Below are positions 14,036 through 25,929 of a stretch of DNA of 64,000 nt, in pieces. Origin of the DNA: Octopus vulgaris (taxonomy: Eukaryota); contig OX597814.1 of NCBI GenBank assembly GCA_951406725.2, positions 50,716,001 through 50,780,000 on the forward strand, read 5' to 3'. Both the position numbers and the translations under genes were made by a program. Each line of letters opens with the position of its first letter. The first letter of the stretch is position 1. Under the pieces are notes generated by a model. It was not told where the DNA came from. It made no database searches and saw only the letters and a program-made list of their open reading frames with translations.

Positions 14036-14252
14036 CGATTAATATTTAAAACGTTACACACCTTCAAAATAGTTTTTAAATTTTAGCCGATCGGAATCCC
14101 CCATTATGTTGAAAGTCGCATTTGTCATTTGACAATAAAATTGTCGTCTGTTTTCAGTCTTTTCTTATTTTTTCAGCCAGGTATTGTTTGAACTAGCACG
14201 GCAAGTTGTGATTTTAATATTGTCTTTATTAAATACATTTATTTTTCTTACA

Positions 14253-15075
14253 AAATGAGTATTTCGGGAACTCGTTGGATAATATGACGACGAAGCAATT
14301 TATTTTACTTTTTATTTATTTGTTGCTATTAAAAAAAAAAAGCAGTTTTTTCTAGCGGTGTCATAACCCATAATTATGACCCTAGAATCGATCTATTGCA
14401 TTTCAAACTCTTTTAGGGTTAGGGTTAATTAGGGTTAGGGTTAGGGTTAGGGGTGGGGGAAGGGTATCTTTTTTTTCTTCACAAGTGTAAATAAACTCAA
14501 TCTGTTTCTTAAACGAGGAACATATTCATACGACACAGAATGCTTTTTAACTCAATAGACGTCACTGATTGGTTGAAATTGCAGAAATTGAAGAAAAACA
14601 ACAACAAATATCTTACAAACTATAGAATTTTCTCAATAAAGCCAAGAGAAAAAGATGTTTTATAAACACATTCTACCAGTATACGAAGTTTAAAATTTTT
14701 TAGTTGCCTAGAAATTATGTTAAAAACTGCCGTTCAAACCGAAGATCCCGTCTAATAACGCTACACTAAAAATAAATGCCACGAATGTATGTCTGTGAGA
14801 AGAGGCAAAGGGGTTGGAAGGTAGTAGTCTTCCTCTTTAAACTGTGGTTCTATTTCTTTATTCCTGGGTGATAGAACTGACCACTGTTCGTTTCTGTGTA
14901 GAGGAGTTGAGAATAACAGAGTACAGTTTTTATTACAACTATATCTGCGAAGTATGTGCGAACGACCTATACTCTACAATCCATTAAAGATTGGTGGTTC
15001 AGGAACAGTTGTCGAAACTGACGTAATTGTGTTCTCGAGAAGAAAATACAATCAGGAAAGACTACTGACATGAAC
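14253..15075 (+). pseudogene. Merlin (IS1016/ISXO2-like) transposase remnant, interrupted by a MITE
   Basis: CMSVRRGKGLEGSSLPL*TVVLFLYSW...YYNYICEVC...KIGGSGTVVETDVIVFSRRKYNQERLL matches the KIGGPG..VEIDES.F.KRKYNRGR signature. The 5' boundary is tentative. Confidence 0.8.
14341..14749. mobile_element. Non-autonomous element carrying (TTAGGG)n; related copy in opposite orientation ~30687-31020
   Basis: Telomere-type repeats at ~14412-14452. Ends GCAGTTTTT / AAAAACTGCCGTTCAAACCGAAGATCCC (left TIR appears truncated). CACATTCTACCAGTATACGAAGTTTAAA is matched in reverse at ~30744-30772. Confidence 0.65.
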
Positions 15076-15360
15076 TTCGGCAGTACGTGTCGCGAGACAC
15101 GACAGGTATTCCTCCCATACGCGAGGAATGCGATGCGACTTCTGCGATGTTGATAATGAAAGCCCTACACTCCCCCCACCCTGATTGGCTGAAATTTCAA
15201 GCTTTCGAGGTTTGTAACTTATTATTTTCTATGAAAAATGGATGTGATTTGTGTCATTAGCATGTACAATTACATCATTGTTAACATTTGAAAAAGTTCC
15301 AACGGTACGAAGATCTACTGGAAGGACATATTGAAAACCGTTGATTACATTTATTTTAGG

Positions 15361-15427
<67 letters not shown>

Positions 15428-15548
15428 TATATCATATATATGTGTATATGTATACATGTGTGTGTGGGTGTGTAGAGGTGTCTGTCTGTCTGTCTGTCTG
15501 TGTGTAGATAAATATATATAAAGGTAGAGAGAAATAAATATAATATTA

Positions 15549-15870
15549 AGGCGTGGCTGTGAGGAAAGAAGGTTGCTTCCCAACCACATGATTCCGGGTT
15601 CATTCCCACGGCGTGGCACCTTGGGCAAGTGTCTTCTATAGCCTCGGGCAAGCCAAAGCCTTGCGAGTGGATTTAGTGGACGGGAACTGAAAGAAGTCTG
15701 TCGTATATATTGTATATATATGTATAATGTTTGTGGGTCTGTGTTTGTCCCCCGACCATCGCTTTACAACCGATGTTGATGTGTCTACGCCTCCGTAACC
15801 TAGCGGTTCGTCAAAAAAGGAACCGATAGAATAAGTACTAGGCTTACAAAGAATAGGTCCTGGGGTCAAG
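15549..15870 (+). mobile_element. SINE family A
   Basis: Head, CORE-like motif and body match other copies. Confidence 0.9.
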
Positions 15871-15879
15871 TTGCTGACC

Positions 15880-16322
15880 AGTTCCAAAATTCGGCAAGCT
15901 TTGTTTAGAGCACTTTTTCTAGTTTCTTTGGGATTAAAAGATGAACTGTGCCATCCTTGGCGAAATTGCTCAGCCACTTGAGATGCTATCAGATCTCTAC
16001 TTCGCCATAGTCTGGTAAAGAAGCGACCAGTATCCCAAGCCACTTACGTGCAACTTGCAAATCAAGCTTCTATGTCCCACTTTCCCCCATTACCTTTGGA
16101 CTTTGTCCATAATATGTTTTCAAGTGCGTTAAATTGTTTATAGTGAGTGAAGCTAGCAAAGGTGGAGCATTTCAGATAGAACAATTTCCCTCCCGGTGGT
16201 CCAGCACTGGGATGCCCAGAAGTTAAATGATCTTTAGGTTTTACATCAGAGTATCCTTCTCTAAGACAGATGTTCGAATAAGAACTCTCAAGTGCTCTTG
16301 CAACACACACATTCACCATCAC
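15880..16322 (-). pseudogene. Decayed coding-like frame, possibly the RT-thumb region of an R2/NeSL-type retrotransposon
   Basis: One frame of ~147 codons with 2 stops; ENILWTKSKGNGG...RLWRSRDLIASQVA only loosely resembles that region. Confidence 0.3.
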
Positions 16323-16458
16323 AAGTATTTCTGTTTTTGTGCGTACCTTAATTATTACAGTCGATGGTCAACTATAAATTAGTTTGTACCGTTTACAATG
16401 CTGTTTATATTTTAATCCCTAGCTTTGCTCTACTATCTTTCAGCATCTTGGAAGGGAG

Positions 16459-16509
16459 ATTAGCGAATCCTGATGAACCATAACTACAACGAAACTAGTC
16501 GGTTCTAAT
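16459..16509 (+). ncRNA. Minimal type I hammerhead ribozyme motif with disrupted stem II
   Basis: GAATC-CTGATGA-ACCATAACTACAAC-GAAA-CTAG-TC-GGTTC: 5-bp stem I, palindromic stem III ACTAGT, GTC site. Confidence 0.6.
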
Positions 16510-17569
16510 TTCATTCCAAGATGTCTAAAGATCTGAGGTTTAACTATGGAGTGAGGGTCACAGAGAGATTAAACGTATGCTTATTTAATATATGAGTATA
16601 ATTCTGTATAACTATTTACTTACATTGACCCCTTGGTTGCTCTACGGTAAGAACCAAATGAATATCAACTACATAAATTGTAAGCACAAAAATACAACTT
16701 CTGACATCTGAATTATTTTTTAATATCTTAGAAAAAATGAACAGTTCTCTGATATTCTCAATAGATCTAGCACAGTCGTATATGACAAGATATCATATAC
16801 ACATTAAAAAAATGTTCCGATTGGCTAAGTATAATTTATGAGTTTTACTAAAAACCTAAATCTGTCAACTTCATCTTTCGAATTGTTACATAAATCTTGC
16901 CAGTCTGTGATTGACTCTCAGCTAAGCGTAACAACTGAGGGAATTGCCTAACATTACACTACAACATACAATTACATTGAAAAATCACAGAAGTAAACAA
17001 TACAAATTAATTATAAAATCTATTTTAACATTCAAACACAGGACGGCTATTAACAATAATGAATAGCAAAGTAAATATATAGTTAAAATACTCTTTTCAA
17101 ATCGCAATCTGTCGGTTAAAATTTATAGTTGCCTTATTATGTAACAACTATTTATTGTCAATTCTATCACAATCAACTCCTCCAGATTTATATTGATAAA
17201 ATTAAGGACACATATTAGATGGAAGCGTGTACAGTCACTTGACACAAGTGTAATAAACATACAATTGTGAGTTGTTTAACTTAGGTTATCACTGAACGAG
17301 CAAACCTATGATCAAAGGCATTCCAACCATGCCTATCCGGTTTATTTTTTCTAAGCAGTATACCCCATACTACATTATCCAGTGATTTTGCGTTCCTAAG
17401 ACAGATATGACTTGAGGGAGATTTTACTCTGTTATTTCTTGTGGGTCAATCAAGCGCTGAGCTTTAACTCTATGTCTATCTGGAGTTTATACCAACGAAC
17501 ACTCTGAAGTTCTTTGATGCCTCCAGCTTCCAACCAGCTTCTATCTAGTTTCTGAAATTAAGAACTGTT

Positions 17570-17915
17570 ATCACCAAGCATCACTAAACATGAAATCTCT
17601 TTACGTGAATGTTGAAAAGTCGAATGACATTGTTGATGATCGCTACCGTTGGAGACTGGAACTAAAGGAAAGTATAGAAAAGACGAGAGGAGAGACTGGT
17701 GTGTGCTGGCGAAGTCAAGGAAATTCGACGGAAGAGCAGCACCAAGACAAGGTTAGCGGACTGCATTTTCAAGTGCCGTCTTTACGACTGGGAATGTCAT
17801 TCACATGTGAATTTCTCATCACAACAGATGTTGCTCTACCAACAAGACCAAAACAAAATAGCGTTCCAGGCGTTGAGCCATGGTTTCGCAAAACTAACGG
17901 ATGCCTCTATCTCCG
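17570..17915 (+). mobile_element. RTE-clade LINE 3' end remnant
   Basis: MKSLYVNVEKSNDIVDDRYRWRLELKESI...FKCRLYDWECHSHV (decayed C-terminal zinc finger), followed by a short RTE-like tail. Confidence 0.7.
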
Positions 17916-18399
17916 TCATATCACTAAATAATTATGTAACGTATTTGCTTTATTTCCATATTTGATAATATCTGCATCAGTACCTCACTGTACTTCCTGA
18001 ATAGCCACAATCAATCGCTTAAATAGAACCACAGGACAGAAGCTGGTTGAATGTGAATGGAATTCGGTACTTTGGATATGCAAATATATAAAGATAACCA
18101 GCTGAACAGTTTCTTTCAATGTTCATTTTCGGCTGTTATCGCTGCCTATTATTGCTGGCCATCTTTATAATATGCTTGTTGCCCCAAAATTAAGAACGCA
18201 AAATAGGTTATCCTTTAATTAGAGAAGTGGATCTTGTACATTCAATGGCCATCGTAATATTTCGTCTCATTGCCTCAATATGTTTGAAGAGAATCACTGC
18301 AGCCATAGTCCACGAATAATTATTCAGACGGTAATTGCGTCTTTGTACTGTTGTCATGTCCCCATTTAAACGATGTTTTTCAAGTATCTATTTATCCAT

Positions 18400-18805
18400 T
18401 ATGAAGCACCGCCTTGAAGGGGTTTAGTCAAACAAATCGACTCTCCCCACCCCACCCCCGCCAACACTTATTTTAAAGTTTGGTACTCATTTCGTCGGGC
18501 TCTTTAACCGAACCGCAAAGTTAACACCAGTTGTCAAACAGTAGTGCCGTTAAACACAGACAAACACACCCACACCCAATCAGTCCCATACACATACACA
18601 CACACAACCCTCCCCTAACATACACATACACACATATATAAATATGTATATATGACGGGCTTCCACACAGTTTCCGTCAGTCAAATTTACTCACACGGCA
18701 TTGTTCGACTTGGGGGTTTAGTAACAGACACTTGTCCAACGTGCTGTGAAGTGAAACTGAACCCAACACTACGTTTTTACAAAGTGGGCTTCTTTACTAC
18801 ACAAC
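18400..18805 (-). mobile_element. SINE family A (diverged)
   Basis: AGCACCGCCTTGAAGG...GACGGGCTTCCACACAGTTTCCGTC...GACACTTGTCCAA. Confidence 0.7.
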
Positions 18806-18919
18806 CATATACACAGTAAAAATTAGAGAAGATACAAGCAACCAGTATTCAATAAGAAATGTGCCATTACTATTGAAAAAGTACCAAACATAGGTATTAT
18901 GGTATATGTATGTGTAATA

Positions 18920-19153
18920 AGGCGGCGAGCTGGCAGAAACGTTAGCACGCCGGGCGAAATGCTTAGCAGTATTTCGTCTGCCGTTACGTTCTGAGTTCAA
19001 ATTCCGCCGAGGTCGACTTTACCTTTCATCCTTTCGGGGTCGATAAATTAAGTACCAGTTACGCACTGGGGTCGATGTAATCGACTTAATACCTATGTCT
19101 GTCCTTGTTTGTTCCCCTCTATGTTTAGCCCCTTGTGGGTAATAAAGAAATAG
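18920..19153 (+). mobile_element. SINE family B monomer
   Basis: GGCGGCGAGCTGGCAGAAACGTTAGCACGCCGGGCGAAATGC...GAGTTCAAATTCC...core...AATAAAGAAATAGG. Confidence 0.9.
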
Positions 19154-19689
19154 GTATATGTATGTGTAACAGTAAGTTGTCTAATACACATATCAGTGGA
19201 AATAGCGTTCTACTTTCTGTGAGTTTTGTGGTACTTGATTATACTGCAATTTTCTTACGTAGGCAGCCTGATCTGGCTACCGACTCCAGTGTATGTGTAA
19301 GGCTTGAGGTTTCATAACTGCGGGGGTGAAGCTATTGTGCATATTCTTAAGAAGGAGTGAAGCAAAGTATCATCAAACATAAGAGTGTGCGTTGTTAAGA
19401 ATGAGAGCAAGCAAGTGGTTTCTTTATTGTCTTCTCCAGGTCCATTGTAAGATTTAGACTCATGCAACAAACTAGAGAAACAATCACCAAGTTTTCAGTA
19501 GTATCACCTCACTACATATGCGAGTTCTTCAGTTTATTATGATCTCAGTTATAGATAATTAAATGCTTCGTTCACGTACGAAGCGTAACGGTATTGACAT
19601 GATACGAGCCACCTACTTCAACGCTAGCTGTCCTGTGTCTTATCACCCTCAATAAAACAATTCAATCCTCATTTGTTTCCTACGTCATT

Positions 19690-19764
<75 letters not shown>

Positions 19765-20158
19765 TCGCTTGCACACAGGAATACGATTACACTTCAGGTA
19801 TTCTTCCGATCTTCTAATTCGCCACCATCATGTTATTATAGTCTATCACTCACTGAAAATTCTAATACACCTTCAGCGTCCAAACCAACCTATTCCTATT
19901 GTTTTAGCAATTATAATTCAGGGATTTTGTGACGAAAATTCTGCAGCAGGCCGGTAACAGCGATGGAGTTTCAATCCACGATTAACGTACTTTTTTGTTT
20001 TTGTTTTTTGTTTTTTTTTACCTCCGGTCATTACCAATTTTGAGAAAAGCATGGACGTCCCTATCTCTCGTTTACTGTACTCACCTAAGACACTGGGCCT
20101 TTATACCTTATGAAAAAGATAGTAAATCACCATTCCGTCGAGTGTTGTAGAATAATAA

Positions 20159-21302
20159 CACTGTACAACAATGATTTTGCTATAGAGAAGAGAACATTAT
20201 TTTCTGGAACAGTTTTTACCACAAATAACGAAAATGAACTCCGTTTTTTCATGAAATGATTCCAGTGTTTCGTAAAATGGGCCGTCACTAAACGGTATAT
20301 TTTTGCCAAAAATGGGCCGTTTTCTGTGAATTCCCAAGAATTAAAGCGACTTTTCTGCAAAATGGGCTGTTATTAATAGTAAATACGTTATTTGTGTCTT
20401 TTATTAAAGGAACAACATCTATTTTTTAGTACAATATTTATGTTTCTTTCAAGAAACCAGCAAAAGTCAGCATGCACGGCTGGACTCCACTTCCCCTTAT
20501 ATCGAGTTTCCATTTGACTTCTGTCTTGGTGGAATCTCTCACCATGTTCGTCGCTGACGTCCGCTGCATTCTGAGGAAATAAAGCAAGATGCGAATGCAA
20601 ATAGTGAACTTTTAATGACATATTACACCCTAATGATTTGTACGAATCAATCAACTTCTCTACAAGTACTTCATAGTTGGCTGCTAGTGCTTCCCAAGTA
20701 GACCATTACACACGTTTCTGAAACTTTGCCATGCATACAATGCCAATACATTTAAGGTGTTTTCAAAATTATCGTCAGTCAAAAGTTGCCGAAATAGCAG
20801 TCATAATGGTGGTCTTGTGGTTCACGCCAAATCATTGGAATGGCAAACGGTATACTTCTTGACTTTCCCAAATACCATTTCGAAAGACCATTGGTACATG
20901 TTGTGCAACAGATATGTGGTGCCCAACTTTTATCTTGGTCTCCTATCTTGACACCAAAATATAAGTAATGCTGTTTTTTTCTTTTTTTTTACCAACGGAA
21001 TGTCATGGCACCACGAAAATAATAACATTTGCCTTTGGGGATTTCTACACTGACCTCTTCGCATTTTAATGCAATTTTTATTCTAATTAAATATTTATAG
21101 GTATTTTATAGTTTTTTTTTTCTCTGAAAATCTGAAAAATTAAAAAAATTAAAATTATCAAAATACCCTAATATAAAAAAAAAACGAATTACAAAAAACT
21201 AGAGAAACGTTTGCCATTTTCGTGATCTACGCATAGAACTACCCTGGAAAATATTATTCTCAAGTCTATAGTCGAAATAATGTTCATTTTTGTTGTACAG
21301 TG
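20159..21302 (-). mobile_element. Internally deleted Chapaev3 (CMC superfamily) DNA transposon
   Basis: TIRs CACTGTACAACAA / TTGTTGTACAGTG with TAA TSD (20156-58, 21303-05). Minus-strand remnants KIGDQDKSWAPHICCTTC...PFAIPMIWREPQDHHYDCYF and LGCNMSLKVHYLHSHL..FP....VSDEHGERFHQD...METRYKGKW. Confidence 0.9.
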
Positions 21303-21766
21303 TAACTGAGAAATGAGAATAAAGTCATTTGAAGCCGGTTTCAAATCACGACTATAGCCGCTCTACTTATGTCATAGAAGTACATCATAAAAATAAATTA
21401 TCATAAATTCCCGCTGATTTTAATATAGAGAGATTTGAAGATTTGATTGTTTTCTGTCTTGTCAAAAGAAACAATATTTGAAATGCACGCGAGCTTAAAA
21501 TCTAATCTAGTTCCAGGTGAAAACTGAAGTCAATTTATTTTGAACCTACTACGAATAGTCATTAAACAGTATTAGTATTTTCTGCATAATTCGGTAAATT
21601 GTGTTTAAAAGAAATTAATAAATTCTAAAATATATTGAAATTGTGGTAGAAAGTTACATTTCTTTTTAAAAATTCAAACTTTCATAAACAGAAGGATAAA
21701 ATCTGTTAAATGAAATGATAGATAGATAGATAGACACACTCATATGTATGTATGTATGTATGTACG

Positions 21767-21822
<56 letters not shown>

Positions 21823-22201
21823 CGTACATACATACATACATACACACACTCATATGTATGTATGTATGTACGTGTATATATATATATATATATATATATT
21901 ATACCACTACTATTACTACTACTACTAATATAGGATGAAATATTTTCAGGAAAAAAACAGTGGCAGCATATTAAAATACCTTTAAAGGTTAAAATTATAA
22001 ACAACTTATAAACAAAGGCAAAAGAAAAATTATTTCCATGCCAATATGCACGTCGTATTTATAGTTAGTGTATAATGATATGTGGAAATTGACGAGTTAA
22101 AGTTTGTTATCAGCATATTGGCATGGAAATAATTTTTTCTTTTGCCCTTATTTATAAGTTTTATATATATTATATATATATCCAATTTTATATGAATGTT
22201 A

Positions 22202-22549
22202 TGTTAGGACACAAAATACTGTGATAGCTACCAAGAGGGAACCTCTTATATAGGCTTTTGTGTGTGTGTGTGGGGGGGGGGGGCGGAAGCAGAGAGAGAA
22301 TTACGATAGTCTTACCTGCCTATCTGGAAGGGTCACTCACAACGTCCACGTGCTCTGTCTGCCGCTGTACTGTCTAACAAGTCTCCTCTCGTACGCTGTC
22401 CACTGCCAACTGACCGCTAGCAACTCGCCGACCCCGCATGCCCACCGTGGCTCTTCTAGTGTGACCCACAGGCCCCACTTCCGACAGGATATACGTACTC
22501 CCTCACTTCCGGTCCTTCCCTACAACACAGCCTGGCTCATAACACCACA
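22202..22549 (-). mobile_element. Possible solo LTR
   Basis: GC-richer block reading TGTGGTG...CCTAACA (TG..CA) on the minus strand; no convincing TSD. Confidence 0.3.
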
Positions 22550-22594
22550 GTATGGATGTAGAAAATTGTCCAATGTTTTACCAAAAAGGAAAAC

Positions 22595-23054
22595 TATAAT
22601 TGTCTCTAAATATGACTAGGGTGTTAGAGACACCTACATTACTAGAAATAGGAGCTAAAATGCTCTAATGCTGTAGTCTAAAAAACATAATTGTACGCAT
22701 GTATACTGGCAGAGACTACAATTGCCCGAAAACGCCGATCGAAAATTCCTTATACTGACCAGTCAGTATCGGCAATTTCCGTTGCTTCATCAGTAAGGAT
22801 TGGCTCGTTTTCGGCAGACTCCGGACTGAATTTTTTGTCAGTATATATATGTTTTCACCACAAATATCTATGTATGATTTAGCGAATCGCTCGAAACTGA
22901 CCGGTCAGTATAAGGAATACGCGATCGGTGCTTCGGGCGATTGTAGTCCCTGTTAGTAAACATGTATACAATTATGTGCATTAGAGCACTTTAGCTCTTT
23001 TTTCTAGCAATGTAGGTGTCTCTAACACCTTAATCATATTTAGTGACAATTATA
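22595..23054. mobile_element. Inverted pair of Penelope-like terminal repeats, each arm with a hammerhead remnant
   Basis: Imperfect inverted arms of ~165-175 bp. Minus-strand hammerhead at 22799-22747; 3' half of a plus-strand one at 22893-22916. Confidence 0.7.
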
Positions 23055-23109
23055 CGCGCGCGCGCGCACGCACGCACACATATAAAGGAAGAGTGTATTC
23101 TATATATTT

Positions 23110-23298
23110 TTTTACTTGTTTCAGTCATTTTGACTGCAGCCATGATGAAGCACCGCCTTTAGTCGAACAAACTCACCCCAGGCATCTTTTGCCGAACCGC
23201 TAAGTTTCGGAGACGTAATCACACTAACATCAGTTATCAATCGATGGTGGGAGAACAAACACAGACACACAAATGCATACATATATACACACACACAC

Positions 23299-23341
<43 letters not shown>

Positions 23342-23355
23342 GAAAGAGGTCAGTC

Positions 23356-23411
<56 letters not shown>

Positions 23412-23490
23412 GACTGACCTCTTTCATTTTCCGTATGCCAAATCCACCCACAAAGCTTTGGTCGGCTCGAGGCTATACTAAAAGACATGA
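23110..23490 (-). mobile_element. SINE family A (partial)
   Basis: TTACTTGTTTCAGTCATTTTGACTGCAGCCATG...GCCGAACCGCTAAG...CAAATCCACCCACAAAGCTTTGGTCGG. Confidence 0.85.
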
Positions 23491-23507
23491 ATTAGGTTCT
23501 CAGAGGC

Positions 23508-23879
23508 ACGTAATAACCTGTTCGGGTTGTGTACTTCAATATATAGGACAGACGAGTATGACATTGAGACAGAGAACCACTTTACATAAAAAACAGATCC
23601 GGTTCCCGCATTACAAATTCTTTTAAGTGAACACATAGAGAAATGTGCAGGTAACATCGAACCAAATTTCATAGTTTTCCCTTCTATCAGTGCAAAGATA
23701 CAATTTCTTTACAAGTATGTTTAAATAAAGAAAATTTTTTCATCGGAAAATATAGAACACGTCTAAATATGCACGCATAACCAACTTTGATCTTTTTACA
23801 TATTTTAATTCACGATTACATACCCATCTCCGTACATATTTTCCCCCACTAATCTAGTTTTTGAATTTTTGCATGTATG

Positions 23880-23940
<61 letters not shown>

Positions 23941-24215
23941 CCACCACCTACCGAAAGCTGAATAATTATCTCCCCTGCCCACAATAATAACGATTACCAA
24001 TTACTTCCCCTTAAATTTTTCTACTTGTTGAATCATTCACTCATAAATTTCACACACAACATGGACCAAAAAATTTCTTCTTAAGAAAATACGTATTTAA
24101 ATAAATTCTCCTGTCATGAATAGCGAACGTGAAACTGGTCGACAAACACAAACACGATATATTAAATATTATATTAAAACTATTTGAAGTGTGTGCATTT
24201 TCCTTCTTTCATTTC
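23508..24215 (+). mobile_element. Penelope-like element 3' end: GIY-YIG endonuclease remnant, 3' region and broken hammerhead
   Basis: VITCSGCVLQYIGQTSMTLRQRTTLHKKQI...SEHIEKCAG...FPFYQC...KENFFIGKYRTRLN (stop 23778-80). Downstream TGTC-ATGA..GAAACTGGTC-GACA at 24112-24144. Confidence 0.85.
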
Positions 24216-24227
24216 GTATATATACAT

Positions 24228-24419
24228 CAGTGGCGTATGTTGGCTGTTGTACTGGGTGTGCTACCACGCCCAATGATACCAAATTTCAAGCAGGGGTATA
24301 AAAAAATTTTCTATTAAGCTTTCTGATTAAATTAATGAGAATGGTTAATATATATAATAATTTGCCATTTTCGATGGGTGTGTAACCCACACCTAGAACA
24401 ACCGGAACATACGCCCCTG
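24228..24419. mobile_element. hAT-type MITE
   Basis: TIRs CAGTGGCGTATGTT / AACATACGCCCCTG; 8-bp flanks ATATACAT / ATATATAT (low complexity, so weak TSD evidence). Confidence 0.7.
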
Positions 24420-24504
<85 letters not shown>

Positions 24505-24505
24505 A

Positions 24506-24537
<32 letters not shown>

Positions 24538-24799
24538 ATTATGTACATAAAGGAAGAGTAATGATACCTATTTCTGAGGATTCGATAGAAGACCTATAGT
24601 AAACTAGTATTTCTGAATTTGCTCTACTGTTACTCTGATTTCATATGTGAGAACTTTGTAGTGGCTACTGCCTATATTTGCAAAATTATTTATATCTGAA
24701 TGCGCACATGACTCTGTGTTTATGAATTTTGCTTCTCCCAACTTGATGTCCTGGGTTCGATTTTACAGCGAGGTATCTTGAGCAAGTAGGTTTAGCATA

Positions 24800-25500
24800 G
24801 CTTCAGATCCACTCGAGTATAGGCGTCTGTGTTCTTAGAAGTGAGAGCAGGAAGGTCATTAACCTTCAGCAGGAAGACAGCTTGACGTACTCCAGACCAG
24901 ATAAAGTGTTGATCGAAAAGAATCTGTCTGCATATGATACAGCAGTGAATACTGACAGGAAGCTCCCGATCCAGAAGGAGTATATTGATCTCTTTTGTAG
25001 GCAACATAACAATGCGGTTTTCGTTTCCAACACGGTGAAAGTTTTTGCTCATGTCATGTACAATAAATTCTGCTTTTGCTGAAGTTCTGAATCTTTAAAC
25101 ATCACCAGCACGTTAAGTAAGAAAATTAATCGCTAGTAGATCATCTCTGCATTTATTGAACTTGCAGTCATTGAAAAGTGTGAGAAATCAAAATTATGAA
25201 AACGGCGATTGTCTATCTCTCCTTTTATCATATTTGAAATGTTGGATAAAGGAGCAATTGGTCAATAAGTGACAGGTTTTGTCGAGAACAAAAGCGGGGA
25301 GCAAATGTGCAAGCCAATTTTCGGTGGTATTGTTGGTAATAAGGCCATGTTGATTGAAGGATGGTGAATCGAATGTGAAATGTGAAACATTCACCGAAGC
25401 TTATACGAAACTTGTAAATGTTACCCTTCAGGAAGAAACTACTCGCCAAATTAACCCAAATTGTAAAAGTAACTGGCTGAAAATCTCAACAAAAACTACT
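24800..25500 (+). mobile_element. Decayed L1/Tx1 ORF2 fragment (end of endonuclease and linker)
   Basis: TYSRPDKVLIEK (cf. S.LDRVL), KDGESNVKCETFTEAYTKL; many stops. Confidence 0.4.
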
Positions 25501-25929
25501 ACGCAAATTTGTTTTTATTTATCCCGAAACTTCTCAGCTTTTTAACAATAGAAAATGACAGTTGTTTCTTTAGCATTTAGTGTTACGATCAACTATTTTC
25601 TAGGTCTGTAATAGAAATAGGAAACCAATCCAATCTATCTTCAAAGAAAGACAGGGATCCCGGCTTATAAAATCAGCAGGCTTACTCAATAATTGATGGA
25701 TAAATCTGATAGTAAAACAAAAATAATTGACTTCTATCGTACTTTTGAGACTGGTGAATGAAGCTTTTATTTTTTAAATCCGATTAAACTCTAAATTTTA
25801 AAACGTATTTTCTTTGTGTACCCAGATTTCTTTTTACATTTAGTGAACGTTGTATTTGTTATGATTGTATAATCTAGTATCACTCATTAATCATTACTCG
25901 TTCTTTTCCAACTTCAACAGTAACAAATG

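Noticed and set aside
14412-14452. True telomere or chromosome fusion site
   Set aside because: Only about six units, in one orientation, inside a dispersed element.
20079-20125. Possible 22-nt minus-strand microexon (AAG acceptor, TAG|GTGAGT donor)
   Set aside because: Weak acceptor and isolated; a chance match is likely.
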